Positions 1-9,571 of a stretch of 64,000 nucleotides of DNA are shown here, in pieces. Under the pieces are notes generated by a model. The model was not told where the DNA came from. It saw only the letters and a program-made list of their open reading frames with translations, and ran no database searches. The first letter of the stretch is position 1; each line of letters opens with the position of its first letter. The stretch comes from Candidatus Poribacteria bacterium (GTDB lineage: Bacteria > Poribacteria > WGA-4E > WGA-3G). Where the stretch lies: contig CAXXUA010000015.1 in NCBI GenBank assembly GCA_963663765.2, forward strand, positions 192,001-256,000, written 5' to 3'. Both the position numbers and the translations under genes were made by a program.

Positions 1-1193
1 GTTCCCTTTCTGCGTAAACTGCCAATACTACCTGCAAGGAAGCGTCCGTGTGGAGAAAATGCGATGGATTCGTACTTACCGGGGAACATGGATACTTCTT
101 TACCTGTTTTCGCATCATATAGCCACAAACCGATATCACTGCCTACCGCGAGTTGCCTACCATTTGGTGAGAATTGTAGCACATTTATCCCACCTTTTCC
201 CAAGCGCGCTTTCGCCGCTTTCGGTAACTGCCATTGTGTGTAATCTTCCACTATTTCGTCTGCTTGTCCATCTGTATTTGCTGGAGAGGTATCATTAGCT
301 TGCTGTTCAGGATTATTGATTTTACTCTGAGCGTTAGCACTTTCTATTTGCGTCCGAGCATCTGACTTGGATTCTAAGTTTGCAACTATAGGTGCGTCAA
401 CGATCTCAACTGTCATTTCTGAGGTAGCATCGAGACTATAAGGTTGCTGAAAACGCGTTAAGTATTTACTATTTCCAAAACCGAGTATGAGCAACACTAC
501 TACTAACGTGGAAGCTGCAACTACCCACGGCACTAACGGTTTACTGCTTGACGGTGTTGCGGGTTTGGTCCTTGAAATTTTTCGCATGATGGTTTCCGTG
601 AGATTTGGTGAGATTTTGAAATTGTCTAAAGCTTCTCTTATCATTGTTTCCTCCTTTTGTAAACGCTGCTGTGCGCGGCGGAGCCGACTCTTCACCGTAT
701 TTGCTGATACGCCTAAAAATGCCCCTATCTCTGTGCACGACATTTCTCCGAAGTAATGCAACGTTAAAACAGTGCGTTCACTTTCCGCAAGTTTCGCAAG
801 CAGTTTTTTGACGACATCGCGTTGAGTTACTGCGGTGATCCGTTCATTTTCTGATATTACATGTTCAGAATAAGTTGTCTTTTCAATTTGCACTTCATCT
901 ATATCCTGCGCTAATTTTGCCCGTCGATACCGTTTACGTAGCCACGTGTTACAAAGACTCGTGGCTATCACATATAACCAACTTGAAAGACGTTTTGGTT
1001 GCTTTAACGTTCCAAGTTTCTGATATGCTTTCAGAAATGTATCTTGTGTAATCTCTTCGGCTATGTGGAAATCTCCGATTTTCCGCCATGCAAGCGCGTG
1101 AACCTGTTTTTGATATTTTTTCAAAAGTTCCGCAAAGGCAGTATCATCGCCATCAAGAGTACGGTGAATTAATTGCGTGTCGTTGTTTTTCAT
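1..1193 (-). CDS. ECF sigma-70 factor fused via a transmembrane helix to a WD40 beta-propeller (partial, continues off the left edge)
   Basis: Manual translation from ATG 1193 (RBS GGAGGTG) is open to position 1: MKNNDTQLIHRTLDGDDTAFAELLKKYQKQVHALAWRKIGDFHIAEEITQDTFLKAY (sigma2), LAESERTVLTLHYFGEMSCTEIGAFLGVSANTVKSRLRRAQQRL (sigma4), PWVVAASTLVVVLLILGFG (TM), then DYTQWQLPKAAKARLGKGGINVLQFSPNGRQLAVGSDIGLWLYD (WD40 cap). Not in the ORF track because no stop lies in the window. Confidence 0.92.
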   Translation of the reverse strand, partial: MKNNDTQLIHRTLDGDDTAFAELLKKYQKQVHALAWRKIGDFHIAEEITQDTFLKAYQKLGTLKQPKRLSSWLYVIATSLCNTWLRKRYRRAKLAQDIDEVQIEKTTYSEHVISENERITAVTQRDVVKKLLAKLAESERTVLTLHYFGEMSCTEIGAFLGVSANTVKSRLRRAQQRLQKEETMIREALDNFKISPNLTETIMRKISRTKPATPSSSKPLVPWVVAASTLVVVLLILGFGNSKYLTRFQQPYSLDATSEMTVEIVDAPIVANLESKSDARTQIESANAQSKINNPEQQANDTSPANTDGQADEIVEDYTQWQLPKAAKARLGKGGINVLQFSPNGRQLAVGSDIGLWLYDAKTGKEVSMFPGKYESIAFSPHGRFLAGSIGSLRRKG

Positions 1194-1219
1194 GGATCAC
1201 CTCCGATATTACACTATAG

Positions 1220-1248
1220 TGACGTTATGAAACAGTGAATCGGGTGCA
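1220..1248 (-). promoter_or_regulatory. Putative ECF-dependent promoter TGCACC-N18-CGTCA upstream of the sigma gene
   Basis: Minus strand TGCACC cgattcactgtttcataa CGTCA, about 26 nt before the ATG; same motif and spacing at 4473 and 32455. Confidence 0.65.
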
Positions 1249-1288
1249 TAATTCTGTAATAGGAGTGTGTTTGTATAAGAGAGTCTAT

Positions 1289-1320
1289 TAGGTTGGGTTG
1301 AGGAACAATACCCAACCTAT
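1289..1320. repeat. REP-like hairpin at the end of the AANH gene
   Basis: taggttgggt-tgaggaacaat-acccaaccta inverted repeat. Confidence 0.55.
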
Positions 1321-2090
1321 GGATTGACTGACACTACATCGGCATATACATAGGTTGGAGTTTTGATATTGCTACTGTGGATTTTATCATCCGCATCTTT
1401 GGCAGCAGAGACGATTTCCCTCTTGACGATTCTACCCGGTTTTGCTGCAACGGGTGAACTGAACATCGGTCCATCAATAACGCATGTATGGAACTCGCCG
1501 TTTTCACCGAGCGGGTCCACGCTATGAGGTAAGTCAGCAAGCAGATCAGCATCAAACCATCGTCCTGCGAAGTCTGCAGGTAGTTTTGTAGGATTTAGTG
1601 ATGTAATAATTGCTCGCAAACCAGACGCGATCATCTTTTTTGCGAGTAGAGTCGTATCCTCACCCCATACCGGAAAAATCGGTGTGAAGCCAGTGCCCTT
1701 CAGTTTCTCCTCGCGATAGGCGCGGATGTCTTCAAGGAATAGATCACCGAAAGCAAAATGTGATACTGTCATAAGCTTTGGCAAGGCTTTTATTTCATTG
1801 AGAAACTTTTGCATTGCTGCTTCGTATATCTCGTTTGAACAGGGGTATGGAATTGGTATTTCGTATAACGGTACATTGAGTTTTTCTGCTTGCTGTTTCA
1901 AGACCCATGCGGGTGTTGAGTGGATAGAGACACGGTCAAACGTCTTTGTGACGGTGGTGAAGATTCCGCGTACAACGTATCGTTCAGGCTGTTGTCGCAA
2001 TGTGTGAAGTGCCCATGCAGAATCTTTACCGGAAGACCAGGATACCATAACGGGTGTGGGTGCTGTGTTAATTGTTGTTTTTGTCATCAT
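1317..2090 (-). CDS. Adenine nucleotide alpha hydrolase, diphthine-ammonia ligase/MJ0570-like ATPase
   Basis: PP-loop SWSSGKDS, FGDLFLEDIRAYRE, DPLGENGEFHT..DGPMF; start moved to the ATG ATG at 2090/2087. Confidence 0.85.
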   Translation of the reverse strand: MMTKTTINTAPTPVMVSWSSGKDSAWALHTLRQQPERYVVRGIFTTVTKTFDRVSIHSTPAWVLKQQAEKLNVPLYEIPIPYPCSNEIYEAAMQKFLNEIKALPKLMTVSHFAFGDLFLEDIRAYREEKLKGTGFTPIFPVWGEDTTLLAKKMIASGLRAIITSLNPTKLPADFAGRWFDADLLADLPHSVDPLGENGEFHTCVIDGPMFSSPVAAKPGRIVKREIVSAAKDADDKIHSSNIKTPTYVYADVVSVNP

Positions 2091-2104
2091 TAAGGTAGAA
2101 TTTA

Positions 2105-3232
2105 TCAATTCTGTTGGTCGTTTCTCCAACGTTCAAGAGGATGTTCGCGAGGTGTTATGGGCATATACACACGTTCTTTTCGTCTGTGTGATTCCCATGT
2201 TGCATGTATCATTTCAAGGCAATCACGTCCGTCCCTACCGCTCGCAAACGGTTCTCGGTCATCTTCAATTGCTTTTATGAGATCACGTAGCATGAGACGT
2301 TGTAAAAACAGCCTTTTTGAACCTCCATCTCTTTGCTTCCCTTTCTCATCAATATCTTCGTCAGGAAGATGTACTGGTTCCCATGGTTGTGCAGGTGTTT
2401 GATGTTGTCCTTTATGGATAAACATCGTTGTACCAACGCTCTCTCGTATAGCGATTCGTCCCTCAGTGCCGATGATATCTATGCCATAAGCGTTATCATT
2501 CGTTTGGGGTTGTGCAAGAAACTGAACATCTGCGTGGATGCCATTCTTGAAGCGAAAAGAGACATAGCCACGTTCTCCGAGTACAAGTCCTGAATCCCTG
2601 TCGTGCGGGTGTACCTCTTGTGTCCGTTTTATGTCATCTACGGAGGATTCGCGTCCATCCAACTGCATCAGATGTGCATGTGTCCACTCAACATCTCCAC
2701 CAAATAGACGGATCCAATCATAGAGATGCGTTCCCATTTCCATAAGTGAATTTCCTGCTTTACGACCACCCTTGTCTGTTGCTTTCATCAGGACGACATC
2801 ACCGATTTCACCTTTTTCAATCAGAGAACAAACATGTTGATTGTATAAACTGGCGCGTTTGATATGGTTTATTGCGAACTTGACACTATTTCTTTGGCTG
2901 GTTTCTACCATTTCATCAGCTTGAATAAGGTTGAGGGCGATCGGTTTTTCACAAAAAATGTGGATTCCACGTTTTGCGGCTGCAATAGTTGGTGGGTAGT
3001 GCATCGGTGCTTGAGTTGGAATGATTACGATATCTGGTTTTTGTTCGTTAAGCATCTTTTCATAGTCATCATAGATTGCGTTGACACCGAATCGTTGACT
3101 CCATGCCTTTGCTCGTGAAGGGTTGATTTCTGCACCAGCCACAAGTTCGCAGTTTGTTTCTAACTTTACGGCGGCAGCATGTTCTCCTCCCATTCCCCCT
3201 AAACCAATAATTCCAACACGGTATTTTCTCAT
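2105..3232 (-). CDS. Gfo/Idh/MocA family oxidoreductase
   Basis: GIIGLGGMG Rossmann motif, HIFCEKPIA, MGTHLYD; RBS GGAGA before ATG 3232. Confidence 0.9.
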   Translation of the reverse strand: MRKYRVGIIGLGGMGGEHAAAVKLETNCELVAGAEINPSRAKAWSQRFGVNAIYDDYEKMLNEQKPDIVIIPTQAPMHYPPTIAAAKRGIHIFCEKPIALNLIQADEMVETSQRNSVKFAINHIKRASLYNQHVCSLIEKGEIGDVVLMKATDKGGRKAGNSLMEMGTHLYDWIRLFGGDVEWTHAHLMQLDGRESSVDDIKRTQEVHPHDRDSGLVLGERGYVSFRFKNGIHADVQFLAQPQTNDNAYGIDIIGTEGRIAIRESVGTTMFIHKGQHQTPAQPWEPVHLPDEDIDEKGKQRDGGSKRLFLQRLMLRDLIKAIEDDREPFASGRDGRDCLEMIHATWESHRRKERVYMPITPREHPLERWRNDQQN

Positions 3233-3650
3233 GTATATCTCCAAAGTTGTAATAGATATTTGTAACTATAAGTATCATAACAATTTCAGAGAGGAAGTGC
3301 AACAAAAAATAGCATGAAGGATTTTCAAAAGGTAGGAAGGGAATGACTATAGAAGCATGCTTGTTTAGCATACTTCATAATTTAGACTACTGATATGATC
3401 GCTTGCACGCATACGTACATTTCAAAATAATAACTCTGTACGTTCATGTGTTAGGTGCACTGTCATCAAAATTTATACCTCAACCCAAAACAAGATTGTG
3501 ATATAATAAAATCAATACCAATTATAGTGATATCCAAAAATATGTCTACACTCACTGGTAGGTTCCAGGGTTATTTAGTTTTAAGAATTATCAGTTGATG
3601 GGTGTTACTAAAAGTTTATATCGTAGGTCGGGTAGAGCGATAGCGAAACC

Positions 3651-4158
3651 CGTAGGTGTCAACTTAAGAAAAAGCCAAGTGCTAAATACCCCATCCCGGT
3701 AGGCGTGCTTTGTAAGAGCGCCGATAAACACAGGATTTGCAACGGCGCGCTTACAAAGCACGCCTGCAGTTGGGGAGCGCGCTTACAAAGCACGCCTGCA
3801 GTTGGGGAGCGCGCTTACAAAGCACGCCTGCAGTTGGGGAGCGCGCTTACAAAGCACGCCTGCAGTTGGGGAGCGCGCTTACAAAGCACGCCTGCAGTTG
3901 GGGAGCGCGCTTACAAAGCACGCCTGCAGTTGGGGAGCGCGCTTACAAAGCACGCCTGCAGTTGGGGAGCGCGCTTACAAAGCACGCCTGCAGTTGGGGA
4001 GCGCGCTTACAAAGCACGCCTGCAGTTGGGGAGCGCGCTTACAAAGCACGCCTGCAGTTGGGGAGCGCGCTTACAAAGCACGCCTACCTTGAGTGAGAAA
4101 ATCGGGGTTTCAAGGTTTCCCTCTTACAATAATATGAACCGCTAAGTTGACACCTATG
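3651..4158. mobile_element. MITE with C(G/A)TAGGTGTCAACTTA TIRs and a 20-23-bp flanking duplication
   Basis: TIRs taggtgtcaactta/taagttgacaccta; gggtagagcgatagcgaaacccg on both sides (3630-3652, 4158-4180). Confidence 0.75.
3745..4087. repeat. Tandem array of a 32-bp REP-derived unit (10 full copies plus a terminal partial copy)
   Basis: Unit gcgcgcttacaaagcacgcctgcagttgggga repeated without spacers; inverted partner REP at 3699-3722. Confidence 0.95.
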
Positions 4159-4472
4159 GGTAGAGCGATAGCGAAACCCGACATGACAACTACAATCAAT
4201 ACATGTCGGGTTTCGCTATCGCTCTACCCGACCTACGCATCTAATTCACGAATGTTATAAATATATGCAAAAACTACTAAAACTAAATAACCCTGGATAG
4301 GTTCGGTTTCTAACCAATGCAGAATACCATGCGCGTATTCTGCATTGGTTAGAAACCGAACCTAACGTCGTGTTGAAGTAATTATGGATTTTACTATAAA
4401 CTTCCTAATCACTTTCCGAGGAGGTTGCGAAAGTCCTCAAAAGAGTTCAGTAATTCGAAATTATGACATTAA

Positions 4473-4501
4473 TGCAACCTTTCCACTGCATAAACGCGTC
4501 A
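4473..4501 (+). promoter_or_regulatory. Putative ECF-dependent promoter TGCAAC-N18-CGTCA upstream of the WD40 array
   Basis: TGCAAC ctttccactgcataaacg CGTCA, oriented toward the gene at 4788. Confidence 0.55.
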
Positions 4502-4787
4502 CCTAATATTGTATGCTTATAGTAAAGCATACAAAAACTCGGACATTTCTGTAACACAATGTGTTAGGTTGTGCAGAAACGGAACACAGCCTAACAGGAT
4601 TTGCTACAACACATGCAGTCCGTTAGCTTGCTAAACGCATAGCTCAAAGTTTCAGGTAATTCTAAAATCTTCTATAATATTGTGTCATAAAGGAATTCAA
4701 ATGTTATTTTTTAAAAGTCCTTTCTTTTGTAGCGTTGGAATAATACAACCATTATCTATCAACGAGTTCATTTAAGGAGAATAGACA

Positions 4788-6800
4788 TTGAAGATAGTGT
4801 TTTTACAAGTGATCATAGTAATCTTCGTTTTTTTACCATGGTGTTCTGTATCTTTAGCACAAGACTACATGGAAAAATATCTTCCAAAAGATGCAATTGC
4901 ACGGTTTGGAAAAGGATTTGCATTTGATTATGCATATTCACCCGACGGAAAAAAAATTGCAGTGGCAAGTACAATCGGTGTTTGGCTATATGATACAGAA
5001 ACAAAGTTAGAAAAGAATTTCTTGACAGGTCATAAAGGGTATGTAAAGGATGTTATTTTTAATCCAAATGGAGAAACTTTCGTGACCATTGGAGGTGGCG
5101 TTCTAAATTCACCCTATGACCCTGCAGAAGCAAAACTTTGGAATTTGAAATCTGAAGAACTCATTTCATATCTTATTGAAGTTACAGATCCAGTTGATGA
5201 ATCTAAAATCAGTAGTGTCGTTTTTAGTCCTGACGGTAAAACGGTTGCAATTGCACTTAACGATTCTACTATCCGGTTATTTGATGGAATTACTGGAGAA
5301 CCTAAGTCAACCATCAAAGGACATAGATATCAAGTATTGATGTTCAGTCCAGACAGCAAAACACTTGCTTGTGGTAGTGGGGAAATGATCCGATTGTTAG
5401 ATGTTACCACAGGTGTACTACAGACAGAATTTGCAGCACATGCAAATAGTGTAAAGTCCATTAATTACTCAGCAGATGCCAAAATGATTGTAAGTCATGG
5501 AGAGGATAGTAATGTAATTATGTGGGATGCTGAAACAGGTGCGTTCTTGAGCATATATAAGTCAAATATGAAAGAGATTTCATCTGTCGACTATTCAAGA
5601 GAAGGTAATTCGCTTGTTGTATTAGGTTCAGATAATACTATCATTTTGAGGAATACACATACTGGAGAGAAAACTAAAACTATCAATAGTGAAATTGATT
5701 TATCTGATGTACAATTCTCTCCAGATGGAAAAACTTTTGCATGTGATAATGATAATGGTACTATGCTTTTATTTGATACAACTACTGGAGGATTATTGCA
5801 TCAGCTTAAAATGCCTGGAGTAAGCAACTATGTCAGTGAATTTAAGTATTCACTCGACAGCAAAACACTTGCAGTCTATGATGGATCTGTGATATATTTC
5901 TGGGATTTAAATAGTTTTGAAATTCGTTTAACAATCACAGGATATTCTGATGTAGTTGGTGATGTGCAAATTGGTCCAAACAATAAGACATTGGTAAGTT
6001 ATGACGACATTGTGCGTATTTGGGACATAGGTGAAAATAAACTACAAAGAAAAATAGAAGCACAAGGCAATGCCAGAGCAATTGCACTTTCATCTGATGG
6101 TAAAAACTTAGCAATCGGAACTTCTGAAAATACAATTCTCCTGTGGGATGCAATTAATTGGAAACACAGTATGACTCTTGAAGGTCATACGGATACAGTG
6201 TACTTGGTTATTATTAGTCCAAATGGAAAATTGGTGGCAAGCGCAAGTTATGATGACACAATTAAAATATGGAATGTCCAAACTGGAGGGCTTCATTGTA
6301 CATTTAATGCGGATATAACAGACTCAAGGAAACTGTTGTTTTCACCTGATGGAAGATATCTGATGGGTATTGTGAAAGTAGAAGATGTTACAAAAATATG
6401 CACTTGGGACATAGAGGCTGGAGAATTAATCACTTCAACTAATACTGAAATAGATGTTGATGAATTTACCTCTATGGATTTCTCTTATGACGGATTGACT
6501 ATTGTTACAACTGATGGGAATTTAAATATACATTTTTGGAATGTTGCAACAGGTAAACGCAATAATACCTCCATTCCAAATGCCAAGGGATATTATGCAG
6601 TTCTCTCACCAGATAATAAAAGAATTGCGGTTGAATATTCTGAGAAAATAACGTTATGGGATATTGAATCAGGAGAACTTATAAAAACCTTGGAAGGACA
6701 TATATCTGATATAAATTCAATCGTCTTCTCAACAGATGGCACAAAACTTGTGAGTTGCTGTAGGGACAGCACAATAATATTGTGGGATTTAACCGATTAA
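4788..6800 (+). CDS. Secreted WD40-repeat protein (array gene 1)
   Basis: Signal peptide ending SLA-QD, cap LPKDAIARFGKG, many FSPDG..LWD repeats. Confidence 0.92.
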   Translation: MKIVFLQVIIVIFVFLPWCSVSLAQDYMEKYLPKDAIARFGKGFAFDYAYSPDGKKIAVASTIGVWLYDTETKLEKNFLTGHKGYVKDVIFNPNGETFVTIGGGVLNSPYDPAEAKLWNLKSEELISYLIEVTDPVDESKISSVVFSPDGKTVAIALNDSTIRLFDGITGEPKSTIKGHRYQVLMFSPDSKTLACGSGEMIRLLDVTTGVLQTEFAAHANSVKSINYSADAKMIVSHGEDSNVIMWDAETGAFLSIYKSNMKEISSVDYSREGNSLVVLGSDNTIILRNTHTGEKTKTINSEIDLSDVQFSPDGKTFACDNDNGTMLLFDTTTGGLLHQLKMPGVSNYVSEFKYSLDSKTLAVYDGSVIYFWDLNSFEIRLTITGYSDVVGDVQIGPNNKTLVSYDDIVRIWDIGENKLQRKIEAQGNARAIALSSDGKNLAIGTSENTILLWDAINWKHSMTLEGHTDTVYLVIISPNGKLVASASYDDTIKIWNVQTGGLHCTFNADITDSRKLLFSPDGRYLMGIVKVEDVTKICTWDIEAGELITSTNTEIDVDEFTSMDFSYDGLTIVTTDGNLNIHFWNVATGKRNNTSIPNAKGYYAVLSPDNKRIAVEYSEKITLWDIESGELIKTLEGHISDINSIVFSTDGTKLVSCCRDSTIILWDLTD

Positions 6801-6888
6801 TATATAAAAAGTAGAATTTAGAATTCATTGTACAGTTTCTATAGATAGTAACGATCACCGAAAAGTAGATAAAATGGAGCATACTTAA

Positions 6889-8781
6889 ATGAACAAGCTA
6901 ATCTTTTTTTCAATTTTTTTACCGTTGATATCATTAATAAGTCTATCAAGTTCAATTGCTCAAGAAGATCCACAATTGAACTTACCTGAAGGTGTAATAG
7001 CACGTATAGGTAAAGGTGGGATTAAGACAATAAGATTTTTCCCTGATGGAACGAAACTGGCAGTTGGCAGCACCATCGGAATATGGATTTATGATATTCA
7101 AACCGGTGAAGCAATTGATTTGCTAACTACTCATACAGGACCTGTCAATTCAATAGCATTCACGCCAGATGGAAAAACGTTTGCATCTGCAAGTGATGAT
7201 AACACAGCGAGGATGTGGGATGCAAAAACTGGAAAAAACAAAGAAATGTTCTTTGAACTTCCTGGAGATGCTGATGCATTAGATATTAATTCTAATGGTA
7301 AGGTTATTGCTATTGGTTGTCATGATAGTATCCATCTATTTGATTTTCATACAGGATTACAGAAAACACGAGCCAAAAGACATACAGGGGAAGTTTCATC
7401 AGTAATATTCTCACCAAATGGGAAACTACTTGCCAGTTGTGCAAATGAGGGAGATGATTCCATTCTTCTATGGGATGCACAAACTGGCAACCTTTTGCGA
7501 GCTATTACAGAAGATGCGGATATAACATCTATTGTGTTCTCACAAGACAGCAGCACGCTTGCAAGTGCAACTTTGCAAGGAGATATTCGTTTGTGGGATG
7601 TCGTTACCGCTAAACTCCTCAAAACATGTGAGACAGAAAATTGGATGTATGAATGCAACTCTATGGAATTTTCTCCAGATGGACGAACACTTGCAGGTGG
7701 ATTTGATGGTGGGGTAGTGTGTATATGGGATACCGTCACTGGAAAAGTCAAAAAAACTATTGAGCATGAAGATGCGGTAGTATCAATTTCATATTCACCT
7801 GATGGGAGTGTCCTTGCAAGTGCAATGGAAAATGGTATTATCCAATTTTGGGATGTCTCAACAGGTAAACTCCAAAAGTCTATTCCAAGTAGAATACCCT
7901 ATATGTCTTCTGTGATATGTTCACCAAATACAAGAATGATAGCAGGTGGGAATGGCACGGATATCTGCTTCTGGGATTTAGACACAGGAAAACATATAAA
8001 CACTATTGTTGGTCCAAAGGATACTATTCATTCTGTATCAATTTCTTCTGACGGTAAGATCCTCGCAAGTGGAGGAGATTCTCAATTGGTGAGATTATGG
8101 AATGTCCAAAATGGAAGATTCCTCGGTACTTATTCAGGACATACAAATTCTATTTATGCTGTAGCTTTTTCACCCGATGATAGCACGCTTGCCAGTGCAA
8201 GTAGTGATAACACTATACGTTTGTGGGAAATTCGTAAAGGTGAACAAATCCTTACAGGTGCTCAATTGAATACGTTTGAAGGACATACCAATGGAGTCTC
8301 TGCTGTCACCTTTTCACCTGATGGAAATGTGCTTGCCAGTGGAAGTAAAGATAGAACAGTTCGATTGTGGGCAGTAAAGTCAGGCATCTTATTGAATACA
8401 CTGGTTGGTCACACAGGAGATGTACAGACGGTAAGGTTTTCACCTGATGGCAAATACCTCGTGAGTGGATGTTGTTGGAGTGGGATTTGGGATGGTAAAG
8501 TTTGTTTGTGGCATCTACAAACAGGTGAGCTCATATTAACCCTTGAAAATGAGACAGTTGCAGCTGCTACGTTTTCGCCAGATGGATCCATGCTTGTCTA
8601 CGCTAACGATGATACAATATACTTTTTTGACATTGACACAGAAAACACAATTACAATGTTAAAGGGACATACAGATGTGATTGATAGTCTTGCGTATTCA
8701 TCAGATGGTAAAACACTCGTAAGTGGTAGTTTAGATGGAACCATATTGATATGGGATATTGAAAAAACATTTGATAGATAG
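6889..8781 (+). CDS. Secreted WD40-repeat protein (array gene 2)
   Basis: Signal peptide ending SIA-QE, cap LPEGVIARIGKG, canonical GH..FSPDG..LASGS.D..LW repeats. Confidence 0.93.
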   Translation: MNKLIFFSIFLPLISLISLSSSIAQEDPQLNLPEGVIARIGKGGIKTIRFFPDGTKLAVGSTIGIWIYDIQTGEAIDLLTTHTGPVNSIAFTPDGKTFASASDDNTARMWDAKTGKNKEMFFELPGDADALDINSNGKVIAIGCHDSIHLFDFHTGLQKTRAKRHTGEVSSVIFSPNGKLLASCANEGDDSILLWDAQTGNLLRAITEDADITSIVFSQDSSTLASATLQGDIRLWDVVTAKLLKTCETENWMYECNSMEFSPDGRTLAGGFDGGVVCIWDTVTGKVKKTIEHEDAVVSISYSPDGSVLASAMENGIIQFWDVSTGKLQKSIPSRIPYMSSVICSPNTRMIAGGNGTDICFWDLDTGKHINTIVGPKDTIHSVSISSDGKILASGGDSQLVRLWNVQNGRFLGTYSGHTNSIYAVAFSPDDSTLASASSDNTIRLWEIRKGEQILTGAQLNTFEGHTNGVSAVTFSPDGNVLASGSKDRTVRLWAVKSGILLNTLVGHTGDVQTVRFSPDGKYLVSGCCWSGIWDGKVCLWHLQTGELILTLENETVAAATFSPDGSMLVYANDDTIYFFDIDTENTITMLKGHTDVIDSLAYSSDGKTLVSGSLDGTILIWDIEKTFDR

Positions 8782-8855
8782 AAATCTTGATACACAGTTT
8801 CGTGTTTTTGGATAAAATCGGGGTTAAAAACTCCTCCTACGATTTACTATAGTTT

Positions 8856-9182
8856 CCTTGTTTTCGTCCAAACATTTCGGGATCCAGTTGATCAATGAGA
8901 GGTTATCAATCCCAGTCCCTATCTGATTTCAAAAGGGATCAAAAGGTCTCAAATTACGATACCCTACCTTTGAAACCCTCATCATAACTGGGCACCAGCA
9001 TTTTCAAGGCATCTTTGGTATCGGAAAAAGCGATAAAAATCGTAGTTTTTGTTTCCTTTTTCTTTGAAAGGTCCGTCCAAGTTCTGTGCTACCTTTTGAG
9101 GTGTTATTTTCTCAATGCGGGTATGGGTTTGTGTGCGCTCATAGTTGGTATGGTTTTTCACATTCATTGGACAAAAACAAGG
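8856..9182. mobile_element. MITE or internally deleted IS, 327 bp
   Basis: TIRs CCTTGTTTT(C/T)GTCCAA; 6-bp TSD TAGTTT at 8850-8855 and 9183-9188. Confidence 0.75.
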
Positions 9183-9281
9183 TAGTTTGGACAGATTTTT
9201 GCAAACATGAGTTGATAAGAAATTGATTCATCGCTTATGTTATCTAATCAAGACACAACGAACAAAACGCAAACCCTCTTT

Positions 9282-9433
9282 GCTCCAGCGGAGCAATATG
9301 TTTATAGCCATATTGTCAACCGACATCTCCGCTCCAGCGGAGCGGTATGTGAGTTCCAACACATTGCACTCCGCTGGAGTGCGAGATTGTGTGTATTCCG
9401 TTTTCTATAAACATAGCACTCCGCTGGAGTGCG
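9282..9433. repeat. REP-like cluster (gctccagcggagc twice, cactccgctggag twice)
   Basis: Paired inverted motifs with atatgtttatag/ctataaacat arms, same architecture as the gtcccgtagggac REPs. Confidence 0.7.
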
Positions 9434-9571
9434 GTATTTTCTCCAGTTTCATAATATATATACGAAACTCAAAGTAAAATAGATGTTATATTGAAAGCTC
9501 AACTTCTACAAGATGACAATTGTCAAAACTATAGTAAGATTTATCTGATTGGTTGTCAAAGGATTTTGCAA

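Larger units (their letters stand above)
3564..4297. mobile_element. MITE with TCCAGGGTTATTTAGTTTT TIRs inserted into a GTAG REP
   Basis: Perfect 19-bp TIRs; 5-bp TSD TAGGT at 3559-3563 and 4298-4302; related element at 50043-50165. Confidence 0.8.
3523..4398. mobile_element. Outer MITE with imperfect TA-bounded ~29-bp TIRs enclosing nested elements
   Basis: Left tatagtgatatccaaaaatatgtctacac versus reverse complement of right end tatagtaaaatccataattacttcaacac (22/29 match). Confidence 0.55.

Noticed and set aside
3745-4087. CRISPR array or repeat protein (ORFs 3705-4145, 3737-4096, 3802-4092)
   Set aside because: Units are contiguous with no unique spacers, no cas genes are present, and all three frames are open only because the 32-bp unit lacks stops.
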